64,000 bases of DNA from Paraspadella gotoi. Lineage: Eukaryota > Animalia > Chaetognatha. The stretch lies in assembly GCA_051294375.1 (NCBI GenBank), contig CM119271.1, forward strand, positions 11,870,560 through 11,934,559, read 5' to 3'. Made by a program: the position numbers and the translations under genes. Every line of letters begins with the position of its first letter. Position 1 is the first letter of the stretch. Shown here one piece after another: positions 16,698-35,161 of this stretch. The notes below the pieces were generated by a model. It did not search any database and was not told the DNA's origin. It saw only the letters and a program-made list of their open reading frames with translations.

Positions 16698-17913
16698 TAC
16701 AAAAACAACAAATTGCCGCGCTCGCACAATCACTGACAATGCAGCTCATACGCATACCCTATTAGGTGCAATCATAGTCGTTTGTCAAGCACATTCATAT
16801 GAACTCATAATAACATTTACTATTTAATTGCTTAATGCTTATATTAATCTATTATCTAAATAATGTATAAATTTAGAATATAAATGATATTAAAAAAAGC
16901 TTATTATAAAATTAAGAATGTAAGCTAAAGCTTTTTTGAAAAGATCATTGATCAGGGAAAACACTTCTAGCACATTAATTATTTGAATAGCTATATTTAT
17001 ATCGGTATTTTATTATCGTGCGAATCAAATATAATAGTGCCAAAAAAAATTAGATAGAATATGTTACATAAAAGGTACAGTCGAATTAATATGATCCTAA
17101 GGACTCTTAGGCTTGTTTAACCCAATCGGGCAATTTAACAAGTTTAAAAGTCATTAAAATTCATAAAAAGTCTTTAAAAGTCATTATTAAGTGGAGCATT
17201 ACTAAAACAATAATGGAATACCTTGAAGCCATTTCATAACTTGAGCTAGCTCGAGATCGCAAGGCCACCCACAAGGAGAAAGCCGGTTTTTCTTATTTCA
17301 TCACCCAGTTTTATCAACATCAAAAGTAATTAATTTCATTAGATTAAAAAAATACAATTTATTCCATAACTTGATAACTGCGATAGTAATAATGATAAAA
17401 TTACATTCATATCACAATAGTTTTCATTTTCACGCCAAGCAAACAAGCTTATATATGACCAATCAGAAAAAGAGATGGTTATCTTCCATAGCAGGTGAAT
17501 TTTGTCCTATTTTTTTATAAACAGGCTACTAAAATAGTCAATATAAATATGATCTTCATTCCTAGCTAGATTTTAAAGTAAGAAAGTAGCTAATAAATTG
17601 GATTATAACCACATCTTTTTGCGAGTAGTGGGAATAAACTTGACATGTTAAATGGTCTGCGTTTAAAAAATGAAAGCACATTAAGTAAGGAAGGTAGCAC
17701 GAATTTGATTAGACCTTTTTGACAGGATTGGATCTTAAGGTAAGGAATTTTTTTTTTTCACGTAGACTCCGAATTTTCGGTTAGTTGTATGGGTAAGCAA
17801 GGCTTGGGTGTTCCTAAACGTCAAAAGTATATATGAAGTCAATTAAATCAAATCAAACAAACGAAAAGAAAAGAAAACAAAATATATATATATAAAAAAC
17901 CAAATGTCAGCAT

Positions 17914-23153
<5,240 letters not shown>

Positions 23154-24812
23154 GGTTTAGTTAAGAAATGATATTTGTACGGATTTATTGATAAATCGTT
23201 CGGACACCGCGAGGTTTTTTATTGGTTTTTTTTATTTTCACGGCCGGGCGACGCAACGTTCAGCTGGGAGGAGTTATGAAGACTAAACACAAACTCAATA
23301 TGCAATTCGCGAATTAAAAAAAAAGAAAGAAAAATCAAAGTTTTTTTTTTTTTAAAGTTTTCAACTTCAACCATCGAGTTACGACGCTCTCATATTTTTT
23401 TATAGATAAACTTGACTTTTTTCAGACGCAGAAGTTGAATGAACTTTCACTTTTTTAACATTTTGCGCTCATAATTTTGGTTATTATTTTTCTTCCCGAT
23501 TGTTTAACTGTAGCGGTGTTTCAGAGACTGACTTTATTCTAAATGTTTTTGATTACTAAATGCGCAGTTTATTTCCAGTTTTTTTTTAGCTTCTAGTAAA
23601 AAAGATATGTATCATATAATACATAAAAATTTGAGACACAAAAATCACATAGTAGATGAAAAATAAAATGTATTTGTATAAAAGCGTGAAAATGTAAAAG
23701 AAAATAGAAATGGTTTGAGACGATTGGAATTTCGGCAGTTTGCTTCTTTGGACGTCTGAGATTTAACATAAAAAAAAACCCGAAAAACTTCTGATGCTTT
23801 TTTTTCGACTCTCGATTCTCTAAGAATGAAGTGAGGAGACTCCTTTTCTCTTTTTCTCTCTAAAAAAAAATCCTAATCTTTTGACCTTTGGCATCATCGA
23901 CGGCTTATTTTTAGTTGCGCCGCGAGTACTCGCGGAGCAACTCTATAAGTCACCTTTCGGTCGGTCGGTCTGTATGTCCGTCGGTCTGTCCCACTTACTT
24001 AAAATGCATATAATACGCCTATAGGCCCTATAGTTGATTGATCATTTGTTAAGACAGGAAAAAACCAAGTGACTGCTAGGGCCGCCTTCTGGAAATCCTA
24101 AAACTTAAAAGAAGACAAGATTCCGATACAACGCGTATCATAAATACACGTGAAAAGAAAGACACTGCGACGCAACACATTGGATGAACCGACCTAGTTT
24201 TGATTGATAGCACCAGACGGATTTATAAACGATAAAAAAAAGTTTGGAATGCAAATAAAATTAAAAAAATTATAACAATGAACACGAGGTGGATTAAGAA
24301 AAAACCGTATCACAATTTGACCAAAATTATTGTGTCAAATATCTTCTCCTTTTTTTCCTTTTATCAGATGGAACACACCCAGAAATGACAAGGTGTTTGA
24401 AGATTGAGCGAAACACAAAACGAGATGGCTAAACGTAATAGGAAAACGGTTTTTTACACGATTTATAAAAAAAAAAGTTCATTTTTTGGTGCTTATCGTA
24501 TTCAGTGAGTGATTTGGAGAAATAAAAAATTCACAACAAAGCGTATAGAAATCTCATTAAAGAATCAAAGCAAGAGGTATCCTCATATTATATTTATCCT
24601 ACCGACTGGGTTTCAGTCAAATAATTAATGCATTTTTAGCTAGACCATTAATTCATAGTATAGAATAAAACTGCCTAAATATTTGGCTAAAAATTAGTCA
24701 TTGCACGAGTAAACCTCAAGTTTTTGGAGATCTTGTCAAGTATTTCAGTGAGATCATAATATAGTTAACTACAATTGGCGCTTTTTAAAATATATATTTC
24801 AACAAGGACGTA

Positions 24813-27203
24813 TCATTTCTCAGAAATGAGGATCTGTCCCACTTTTTCGTTCTTCTCCCTTTCTTTCGCAAGCAAATATTCTCCCGGAAAGAAACTGTCC
24901 TCCTCGGTGGGCGTGGGGACTTGCGTGCTCCTGCTGCGGCTCTGCTTCTTCGCGGCGTCTTCTCCGCCGCCGCTGCTGCTGCTACCGCAATCCAGCTGGT
25001 CGACGCGGTCGTCGATCTGCAGTCGCACGTGCTTCATCCCCTGATGCTTGGCGTCGATAGTCTTGCATCGATCTCGATCTCTGGCGATCAATTTGGCGCC
25101 GACGTTCATCGTCGCGTATTTGGTCGTGTGAGCGGCAAAGCCCACGCCTTCGTTGAAGGGAAAGCGTTCGGCTCTGGCGCCGGATTGTGTTCCCATCAGT
25201 TTTTTCAAAGTGTAGCAACCCAAGTTGGTGTAGTTGTCCCTCGTCTTTGGATGCGGATTGGCGACACCGCCGCCGCCTCCTCCGGGTTGCGTCAAGATCG
25301 AAGTTGTCGTCGTCGTCGTCGAAGGCGACCCTTCGGGAACGAGTGGCGCGAAGAGAGCGTGGCCGTCGAAGACGCTCGTCGAGATCTGCGAGGCGTCGGC
25401 GGACGAGGGCGACGGTCCTGGGTCCATCGTCTCTTGTCCGACGACGACGAGCTCGGCGAAAGCGTCATTCCTTCTCGAGTGACTCGTCCGCGCGCTCTGA
25501 TGACTGCTCTCCGTCTGACAGGATTCGTAATCGAAGCAAAAGGCTCCCGAATCGACGGAGCCTCTCATGCGGAAATGTCTGGGGAGACTCTTGGCGCCGT
25601 GGGGATGAAGTCGTGAAGTCTCGTCTCCCTTCGATTTACCCTTTTGTTTTCCGTTGCACAATTGATACGTGGATTTACTACCAGCTGCGTTGAGATTCTT
25701 CCTCGAATACTTGAAGGGTCCGTCGTAGATGAGACAATCGCCCGTCATGCTCAGTCGCTGGTTCGCTCTTTTCTCGAAGCTCCGTTCCGCCTTGGCGCCG
25801 CAGCCGTCGGGGCCGCGGCAGCCGCCGCCGGAGACGCCGCCGCCGATGCCGCCGCCGGGCGCGCAGTCGTTCTTGTGCGAGAGATGAACGAAGAAGAGGA
25901 TGAGGAAGAGGACGACTACTATGACGGCGCTGACGCCGATGACGACGGCCGTTCCGTGACGCTCCATCTTGGAGGCGGTCGACATTCTGTCCCGGACTCG
26001 CACCACGACGTTGACGACCATCTCGGCGTTGCCGGCGGAATTGGCCGCATAGCAGCGGTACGTGCCCGTGTTGGCGGCGCCCGCCTCGCGGATCGTTAAC
26101 GTCGACGTTTTGATGTGCTTGTCCCCCGAGGCGGCGATGTGATAATCGATGGCGCCGCGGGAGATCGCCCGTTCGTCCTTGAACCACATCGGGTTCGATG
26201 GAGGATCGAGAAATATGGTGCACGAGAAGTTGGTCGTATCGTGTTGATCCACGACCACCGTGCGTTCCTGCGGGGAGGTCATTAGCCGAGGTTGACAGGC
26301 GAACTGGATGGAGTGCAGAGAGGACCACCTCTTTCGAGAGAGGTTGGCCGGCGAATGGCAAAGGGTCACTTTTTCCTCGCTGGATCCCACGTCGTAAGTG
26401 ATGAGACCTTCCTCCACCCAATCGTGGAGCCAGCGAAGGTTACAATCGCAGCTCCACGGATTCGCGTAGAGATAAAGCAGACGAAGAATGCCAGAGGCTC
26501 GTAGATCGGTAAAGGTCATCTGATCCAGCGTCTGGAGATTGTTCTTGGCCAACTGCAAGTATTGAAGATGGACGAGGCCGGAGAAGGCGTCGGGTCGAAT
26601 CTCGCTGACCCCGCAACCATTGAGTTCCAGTTTGAGCAGCTTGGGGAGACGAGCGAAGGAAAAGTCGCGAAGGATTCGGAATTTGTTGCCGGACAATTTG
26701 AGGACTTGAAGGTGAGATAGATCGACGAAGGTGGCCGTCGGGATCTGGCGCAGTTTGTTGAAGGAGAGATCGAGCTCGGAGAGATTGATGAGACCTTCGA
26801 AGGCCGAAGAGTCGACGGTGGACAATTCGTTGTTGTTTAAATAAAGCGACTGCAGGGACGGCAGGGTCACGAATTCCCGGCCGCGCAGGATGCGCAGCCG
26901 ATTGCCCTCCAGGTGCAGGACGGTGGAGTCGCCCGCGACCAGCTTGGGGACGCGGACGAGGCCGAGCTCGTTGCAGAAGGTTCGTTGACGCCCGTTGATG
27001 AGGGAGGATTTGCAAGGGCGGTCGGGCGAGGAGACGAAGGACGGGCGATCGTCGAGGTGGGCGTGGCGGTCGGCATGTCGGTCCGTCTGTCGGACGGCGT
27101 CGAAACGATCGACGAGCTTTTGAGTTTTAGGGTTGGAACGAGGAGGAAGGAGGAGGAGGAGGAAGAGGGAGTGACGGAGGGAGACGCTGATCGAGAGACG
27201 CAT
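24813..27203 (-). CDS. Intronless LRR + Ig + transmembrane receptor (LIG/Kekkon-like), 796 aa
   Basis: Signal-like hydrophobic N-terminus, about 7 LRRs (LxxLxLxxNxL), LRRCT (NPWSCDCNLRWLHDW), Ig domain (C...WFKD...GTYRCYAANSAG), TM segment AVVIGVSAVIVVVLFLILFFV and a long disordered tail. Confidence 0.88.
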   Translation of the reverse strand: MRLSISVSLRHSLFLLLLLPPRSNPKTQKLVDRFDAVRQTDRHADRHAHLDDRPSFVSSPDRPCKSSLINGRQRTFCNELGLVRVPKLVAGDSTVLHLEGNRLRILRGREFVTLPSLQSLYLNNNELSTVDSSAFEGLINLSELDLSFNKLRQIPTATFVDLSHLQVLKLSGNKFRILRDFSFARLPKLLKLELNGCGVSEIRPDAFSGLVHLQYLQLAKNNLQTLDQMTFTDLRASGILRLLYLYANPWSCDCNLRWLHDWVEEGLITYDVGSSEEKVTLCHSPANLSRKRWSSLHSIQFACQPRLMTSPQERTVVVDQHDTTNFSCTIFLDPPSNPMWFKDERAISRGAIDYHIAASGDKHIKTSTLTIREAGAANTGTYRCYAANSAGNAEMVVNVVVRVRDRMSTASKMERHGTAVVIGVSAVIVVVLFLILFFVHLSHKNDCAPGGGIGGGVSGGGCRGPDGCGAKAERSFEKRANQRLSMTGDCLIYDGPFKYSRKNLNAAGSKSTYQLCNGKQKGKSKGDETSRLHPHGAKSLPRHFRMRGSVDSGAFCFDYESCQTESSHQSARTSHSRRNDAFAELVVVGQETMDPGPSPSSADASQISTSVFDGHALFAPLVPEGSPSTTTTTTSILTQPGGGGGGVANPHPKTRDNYTNLGCYTLKKLMGTQSGARAERFPFNEGVGFAAHTTKYATMNVGAKLIARDRDRCKTIDAKHQGMKHVRLQIDDRVDQLDCGSSSSGGGEDAAKKQSRSRSTQVPTPTEEDSFFPGEYLLAKEREKNEKVGQILISEK

Positions 27204-27963
27204 TTTTATTGGTCGAAATCAGTCACGTGACGAAAGTTGGCGTCATACTTTGTTTTTTTCTTCATTTCAAAAACTTGAACGAAGAAAATGGATAAAAAAA
27301 AAGTATCTTTGGTTTCACGAGATGTAGATTATTCTAAACTAATAAAAAAAAAATTATAACGGATTTAGACTGACGATTTATACATTTTTATCTACAAATT
27401 AAAAGATTGACGCAAAAAACAAAAAAAGAAAAAACAGTTTACAAAAAAGAAGAAAAAATGTCTGTGCGATCGATTAGTCTTTTCTTTCCCCGAAAATAAA
27501 ACTGTATTGTATTCAATGTACAAAAGTGCAACAGGGAAATAGTTTTGCCATAAATAATATCACCGCATATTCTCATTAGCCAAGCCGAAAGGCGATAGAT
27601 CCGAAAGAAAAAGAAAAATAAACTAAGAATCTTGAACAAAGCGTAAAAAAAGGTCACGTGACAGACTAGACAATCTCGATAAATTTAAACTTTTTAAATC
27701 GAAAGAGGCTTGACTCCGTGAACGGAAAGAAAAAAATAAGTTAACTTTTTCAGATTTATTATGGAGTTTTAAAAAGAAATTAATTCGCAGTTTTCCAATT
27801 CAAACGGAGCCACAAACTGGTAAGTCATTCTCCCTCTCGACAGAAAAAGAAAAAAACCTCAGTCACCAGAAATAAAAAGTTTTAGTTTTCATTTTTCGAT
27901 TCACGAACAGTTTTTTTCTCGCAATTCCTCCGCCCCCACGGGCCCCTCCTCTCCGTGAGAGCC

Positions 27964-29864
27964 TCAACGGTAGTTGGGCAGGTGAGGCTGCGGCATGGCC
28001 ATGTAGCCAGGATTGGGCGCGGGATACGGAGGTTGGTAAGGAGCTCGGCCCTGACCCCACCCTCCACGCGGAGGGCCGCCCATTGACGGGTAAGTCTGGG
28101 CCGGAGGCTGACCCACGACCGGATAGGGCACGCTGCCCTGCGGCGGCGGTCCCGTCTGGATTCCCGACGCTGGCGGCTGCGGCGGCGGCGTTCCGTAGGC
28201 GCCGTGGGTGGGTGGGGTTCCGTGACCCGGAGTGTAGGCGGGGTAAGGTGAGTGCCCTCCGTAAGAAGGCATGGAAGGAGGCGGCGGCGGGGCGGGACGC
28301 CGAGTAGGGGATGTTCTCTGGGCCGGGCTCGGGGCTGCGAAATGGCCAATCATAACTCTTACTTCATTATAATCTTAACATTAACATTAACATCTTAACA
28401 TTTCCCTCATTAAATATAAACTCTAACCTTGAAACGCGGCTTGCGGAGGTGGGTTCCAACTGGAATTCAAGTTATTCTGTTCCTGCGCCTGGATCGGGTG
28501 CTGCAGCGGCTGCGGCTGCGGCTGCGACGGGCCGTTGGCGACGACTCCGTTGGCGATCATCTCCTGAATCTTCTCAGATTTGATTCGCTGCATGTGAGCG
28601 ACTTTTCGTTTCTCTCTGAAGGCGGGAAGGAATTCCTCCACGGGCTTCGAATCGCTGGCGGGAGGAAGGGATTAATTATATTACAAAGTTCGGAATACAA
28701 TATAATACTTATTGGTGGCATTTTCATACAATTGAACATTCTTTGAAACATTATGCCACTTCATTGATAGGAAAGCCGGGTAGTCTGGGAGTGTATAAAC
28801 GAGACCGTGAGAGAGTCTTGATTGAAAACTTGCAGAGGCCTGCTATGTTATTATCTTGTAAGTGTGATGGAGGCCTTAAACCACCAAAGCCCGTCCAAAG
28901 TCAGGGGCAAGCTAGCATATTTATTAAGTAAATGTATAATTTTTATAATGGTTGTACCAATTTCATTAATAATTAATAGTTGATAAGGTTTTTTATATAA
29001 ATTAATGATTAACTATTAACAAGGTTTACCTGAGAAACTGTTCGGCCATTTCTTCGGAGGCTTCTTCGGAGGTTGCCGTTTCGGATTGAAGGATCGCCAA
29101 GACCGTGTCAAGACTCGTGGCTCCTGAGAAACAGAAAGAAAGAGAATGAAACCAAAAATTGAGAGAGAGAGAAAGTAAGAAACAGAGAAAGAGGAAAAAG
29201 TCAGAAATAGAAAGAGAGAGAAACAAAAGAGAGAGAGAGATGTTATCCTCTGACCCGTATTCACATAAAGAAACAAAGAAAGGGGAAAAAGTCAGAAATA
29301 GAAAGAGAGAAACAAAAGAGAGAGAGATGTTATCCTCTGACCCGTATTCACATAAAGAAACAGAGAAAAGGGAAAAACGTCAGAAATAGAAAGAGAGAAA
29401 AAAAAGAGAGAGATGTTATCCTCTGACCCGTATTCACATAAAGAAACAGAGAAAGGGGAAAAAGTCAGAAAAAGTCAAAAACAAAAGAGAGAGAGAGAGA
29501 GAGATGTTATCCTCTGACCCGTATTCTTCTCCAATGTTCTCTTCTTATCATCAAATCCGGCGAAGACTTCGCTCTGCGTCACATAAAGTTCCCTCAACAA
29601 TTCCTTCTTCTCTTTGAGCGAAGGTTCCACGGAGAGATTGAACTCCGCGAGGCTCCTGTTGCTGGCGACGAGGTCCTCCCGCTCAGTCTGGAGTTTCTTC
29701 ACCATCTCCGAATCGTTGATGATGTTGAGCAACTCCGTCTCGTCATCGTTCATCTTCTCCAGCTGCTCTATTTCCAGATGGCCGAGGATGGCCACGGCGG
29801 ATTCCAGCGCCGCGGGGGATAAGCAGCCTCCACCGCCGCCGCCGCCGCCGCTGTAGAGCGTCAT
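27964..29864 (-). CDS. VPS37: ESCRT-I subunit VPS37 (B/C-type, Mod(r) domain plus Pro-rich tail); exons 29864-29519, 29123-29030, 28654-28428, 28334-27964
   Basis: Mod(r)-like LEKMNDDETEL...EREDLVASNRSLAEFNLSVEPSL...SEEMAEQFL...FREKRKVAHMQRIKSEK, followed by a Pro/Tyr/Gly-rich tail. The three GT-AG introns are phase-consistent. Confidence 0.85.
28744..28964. mobile_element. ~210-bp dispersed repeat (second copy at ~38658-38859; terminal 20 nt also at ~6281-6300)
   Basis: Shared CACTTCATTGATAGG...TAAACGAGAC...CCTGCTATGT.ATTATCTTGTAAG.GTGATGGAGGCCT.AAACCACCAAAGC..GTCCAAAGTCAGGG...GGTTGTA.CAATTTCA. Confidence 0.7.
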
Positions 29865-31572
29865 TTACCTTTTTCAAGTTTCGGTTTCTGGTTTTAAATA
29901 TGGTTTTCTATAAAAAAAGAAAAAAAGTTAACGCAACAATCATAACAACTAACAATAACTAATAGTAGAAAGATAACTAATAAAAACAAATGTACAAAAA
30001 TTTGGTAATTAAGCTCGGATCGATTTTAAAAATTTAACAAAATAAGCTTGTAATTTGTCTTAATCACATTTTTTTCATAAAAAGATTCATATTTATATAT
30101 TTTCTTTTAGCAAGAACCAATTAGAATAACTGGCAATAAGATTTTAGTCAATATTAGTCAGCGACGGGCGAAATGAATTTTGGATAAAATTGCTCAAACA
30201 TTCCTGGTGCTCCACGAATTCAATTGCTGAGGATAGCAGTCGAAACTGTGACGTTAGTCATTACTCGATCTGTTACTATATTACACTCGAGGTACAATTT
30301 ACAATCGAAAAAATCTTTAAAAGCAATAGGATCGTCGCAATTGCATAAGAAAAATCTGGATTGACGAACAAATTTTGATACTAAAAAATATCAAATTTGA
30401 GAAAAATAAAAGAAAAAAAAATTTAAAAAAAAAATAATCCACGAAAAAATCCACGAAAATCTCGGATGTAAATTTGTGAATAAATGGCGATAATAAAAGT
30501 TTTTAAAGGGAAAAAATTAATCAGAGAGTGTTAGATCCAAAGACTCGCGAATCGTGATATCTGAGTTCGAACTTTACTTCGTCACAAGGATTTATCGTTT
30601 GGATCATTTCATCATTCGTGCTTTAGTTTATTCATTGGTTTTTGAGTTTATACTGATTTTTGTAATTCTTTTGAGTGTTTAAATAATAATTCTTTATTGT
30701 ACTGTTTGAATATCTATATGCTTTGATTATTTTATTAAGGTACCCTTTTTAAAACTCTTCATAAACTCAGAGAAATAAAGAGACTATTTGATCGTCGATC
30801 TGCTCAAGCCACCAAATCATGCCTTTGAAGAATCTCTGGACTACCGAAGCATCTCGCCGGGGTTGAGGAGTTTCCTCAAATATTCTTCGAATATTCTCGC
30901 GGGGCGTTTTAGGAGGAGGACGGACCGGCGGTCCTAACAAGAGAGAGAAGAGAGAGAGAGAGAGAGAAAGAAGCCAAATCATTTTCAGCAGCAGAGGCAC
31001 CCAAAAAAAAAGAAAAAATCAAAAGGCAGCAGCAGAAGCAGCAGGAGAAAGAGAGAAAAAGAAAGAGCCCCTGCAGAGCCAGCTGCAGACTCAAAAGGCA
31101 GCAGCAGAAGCAGCAAGAGAAAAGATAGAAAAAGAATAAGCCCCTGCAGAGCCAGCGGCAGACTCGTTTTTTTTCCTATGATTATGAATCAGTGAATAGG
31201 GAAAAGAGAGAGGGAGAGAGACATGTAATTAAAAGAGAAAAGAGAGAGAGAAAGAATTAAAAGAGAGAAAATTTGTTTGTTTGATAAAACGTAAACAAAA
31301 CATATTTAATAACTGTCCAGACTCAATTTTAAGCACATCGATGATGAGAAGCTGTATATAAATTTTCAGCTTCACACACCAAAATTTAATCATAAAAAAG
31401 GCGATCTATAATTTGGAACGCCGACGACGACGACGACGCCACTTATGCCCAAAAGCGTTACTAGATCGTCGCAAACGCAAAGCGATTGCGACGATAAAAA
31501 AGAGGGAATAAGCCCAACTAAATCTAAGGCACTTGGATAAATAGAGGGGAAGCGAAGGGTGAAAATAAAATG

Positions 31573-34500
31573 TCATGGAATTCTGATATCTCCTTCCGAT
31601 TTGGCGGATTTAATTCCTCCGCCGCAAATCATATCCCGCCTTCTTTCCAAATCCGCGTCGACCTTGGCGGAGACGACGGCCCGTTCCAACGCGGCCACCC
31701 TCCTCTCCGCTTTGGCCAAAGACGCCATCGTTCTCTGCAGATCCCGACTTTGATCAACGTGTTTCTCCAACTCGTCGCCGAGTTCGATGAGTCTTCCGTG
31801 CGCCTCCTTCAAATCCCCGCGCGTCTTCATCAACTCTTCCTTCTTTCTCTCCAACTCTCTCGTCAGATTCTTCTCTCTCCTGCGCTGCTGCGCCGTCTCC
31901 AGCTCCCGCTCTCCCTCGGCCAGCTCAGTTTTCTTTCTCCGCGACTCCATCTCTCGCGAGAGTCGCTCGCTAGAATCGAGCAAAGAGGCGATCGTCTCCT
32001 TCGCCTGTCGCGAGTAGGAATCTGAGAAACGGCGCAACAATATCATCCGCTCGCGAACGAGTTGGATCAACTGCGCGTGCGTGGACTCGTCCGGCGGCGT
32101 TGTGGAAAAGTCGGCGCCGGGAGAAGAGTCCAAATCGCGCGCTAACGTTTGAATTTGCTCGCCAATGTCTCCGCAGAGAGAATGGAGGAGAGAGAGAAGA
32201 GAAGCGTCCTTCTGTTGCCGAACAACGTTGACGATTCTCGCTTCTTTCTTCTGATTTTCGACCTGCGACTCGAGATCGCGGAGACGTCGACGCAGCTCCG
32301 CAGTTTCCCGACGCAGCGACGCGGCCTCGGCCTCCGATTCGGACGCAGCCTCCTTCGTGATCGATCTCTCCGTCTCCAAGAACTTCTTCTCTTCCTCCGC
32401 CTGACGAAGCGCCGCTTCAGTTTCCGCTCGTTTCTCTTTCAGTTTGAGATTCTCGTCGTTGACGTCGCGAATTTCTTGTTGACGCGATCCAAGTTGATCG
32501 CGGAGTTTGACCAATTCCTTCTCGATGGTAGTGATTTGTTCGTGCAGATTGGCTTCTTGACTCTCGAGTCGTCGCTTCATTTCCGATCGGCTAATTTCCT
32601 TTTCTTTTTCGAGTTTTTCTTCAAAATCGATCGTCATCTTTTGTTGTTTCTCAACCATCGCCATCTCTTGCTCCTGATGAATTCTCTTCAAATTGTCCAA
32701 CTCTTGACGCAAATTTTGCAGCTGAGCCTCGGATTCCCGCATCATTTCCAGCAGCGACTCGTTCTCATTCTCCAGCCGACGATTTGACGGTTTCAATTTC
32801 TCCATCTCTCTGGCGACGAGTTCCAACTGCAGCTTCAAGTCGCCGATCGTTCTTTCCCCTTTGCACCTTTCCTCCAGCAGAGCCTTCCTCTCCTCTTTTA
32901 AAGCCAGGATCTCCTGCATCAAGCGACGCTGCTCCTCGACGCCTTCGGCCAACCTCTTCTGCGAATCCATCAACGTTTCCTCCATGATTTTATTCTCGTC
33001 CTGTAAGGGAGCCAAATAGAATGGGTCAGAAAATTTCTGAGAAAACTTTGAATAGACCAAAATTTACCAAAATTACTTCGTGTACTCTTTAGTCTTTACC
33101 TTAGATATTTTTATTAAAACCCGTACGATTTAGTTTTTAGGAATAAATATAAATTATAAAAAAGTTAACTTTGCTAGCTTTGTCAGAATAAATCAAACAT
33201 TTCAAAATAAAAAAAAATATTTTGAAATTATTTAGTAATTTAATAATTCAAATTAGGTAATTTTGGCCGAAAAAAAAAGCTACCTGTAAAAAGACGTTTT
33301 CCTCGCAGAGTTCGTCTCCGCTGAGTCGAAGTCTTCGTTTGAGTTCGTCGATCTCTTCATCTTTCCTTCGATTCTCCATCTCCATCATTTTCTCTCTCGT
33401 TCCTTCGCTCGAATCGTGAAATAGAGAGCGAGACACTAGTTTCGTCAGGACGGCCTCGTTTTCAGTCCGCGTCGCCTTCCTCTCCGTCGCGGGTCGACGA
33501 TTCTCCTTCTGCGTCTTGACGGCCGACTTGGCGGAGAGCGGGCGGGCGCCGACGACGAGCGGCTTGGCGGTTCGTCGCTCGGCCTTCTTGGGATTCGTTC
33601 TTCGATCGTTCTGCTTGTTCTGTTCGACGACCTGCAACGGAACGAGAGTCGAGGTCCCGTTCTTCGAACCTCTCCTCGACGCCGCGGACAAGGAAGGCTC
33701 CGACGTCGCCGACTTCGTCAATCTCCTCGAGGATTTCGTGAGGACGGGAATTCGAGAAACTTCGCTCTTAGATTTCAGAGAAGACGACGACGACGACGAC
33801 GACGATGTCGCTGTCGCCAACGCCGCTTCGGCCGGCGCCGATGACGCTGTCCCTGTCGCCGATAATTTAACGACGTCCTTTACGAACGAACCGCCTGATG
33901 GCATCTGTCCCGCATTCTGAACCAGTTTAACGTTAGCGTCGTTTTTAAACTTTGCTTTTCCAATGGAGGCCACGGTTGGGCAGAGAAAGTGGGGCTTTCG
34001 ATCCTTGCTCGATTTGGCCGCATTAGCAGGGAGCGGTGGCAGCGGGGGAGGCGGCGGCGGCGGCGGCGGAGGTCGGGGCAGCGGCGGTTTTTCTTCCACG
34101 AGACGACTCGCTTCCTTGACGAGAAATTCCAAGAGTGAAGAGACTTCGTTTCGAGATTCTCTTTCGATCGCCAAGTCGATCTTCTCGGTTGCGTGGGACA
34201 GGGCTGTTGGGTCTTCGCTCGAGTCGGTCGCGGATGGAGGCGTTTCTATCGGCGCCGCCGCCTCGTAGAGGAAGGACGTCTGCGTAGAGACGACAACGCC
34301 TTCAGAAGCACTCGGCGCGGACGAGTTGGGCATCGGAGTCGCCAATGAGTTAGCGATTGCCAATCCCGTTAAGTTGGGCATTGCAGTCTCCAACGCTCCC
34401 CCAGATTCCGCGCCAACCTCGCCAAGCGCCGAGTGGAAAAAGTTCTGCAGGCGACAGCGAATCAAGTTTTGCATCTCAAGACCCGGATGTAATAAGTCTG

Positions 34501-35161
34501 AACGAGAAACGAAATCCTTTGTCGGCGAAGTTGATTTCGGCGCGGAATCAGATTCGGTCGACTGGAGGTCGTCGACCGCTTGGAATTGATCGACGATCGA
34601 AATAGGGGAGGCGGGCATAGCTGGAATGGCGGGCATAGTTGCCGAGGAGGGCATAGTGCCCGTTGTTGGCATAACGGGCGTATGGAAAGTGACGGGCATA
34701 GTGACCTTATCCCGCCCGACGACCGCTTTCCCCGGGCACTGAATCGGCGTCGAAGCCACGTCGCCCGTTCGTCGAGAGTCGAGAAGCCAATCGAGCGACG
34801 CCTTCGCTTCACCGTCCACGTCTTCGGATGAAAAGTTTAGCCACGAGAGGGACTCGCCGAGACGGGAGGGAGAAAAGCTAGGGCGAAGGAGCGGAGAGGG
34901 ATTGGGGCGAGGAACGAGGAATACGCAATCCTTTTCTTTATCGTTGGGATCAGTCGTCGACGTCGTCGTCGTCGTCTCTTCCCCGGATGGTCTTCCTTCA
35001 TCGTCGACCAAGGGCGTGGCCAGGTCATCCCCCCGGGTCGTCGAGAATGTCCACGAGTCGATCGTCGACTCTAAAGTGGAGATTTCCTCTAAACTCGATC
35101 CCGCGTCGCCGTCGAAGAATTCAGAGTCTGGAGGTTCGAGCAGCGAGAGATTAAACGACAT
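31573..35161 (-). CDS. ~1100-aa protein with a disordered S/T/P-rich N-terminal half and a long C-terminal coiled coil; exons 35161-33284, 33000-31573
   Basis: Two long ORFs joined in phase 0 by CAG|GTAGC...CCTTACAG|GAC. Heptad-rich E/K/L/R C-terminal half; SxIP (SRIP) and KEN motifs in the N-terminal half. Confidence 0.85.

Noticed and set aside
30221-30270. CTGAGGA...CGAAAC...GTC resembling a hammerhead ribozyme core
   Set aside because: Stem III is plausible, but stems I and II do not pair convincingly. At best it is a degenerate relic; an Infernal search would settle it.
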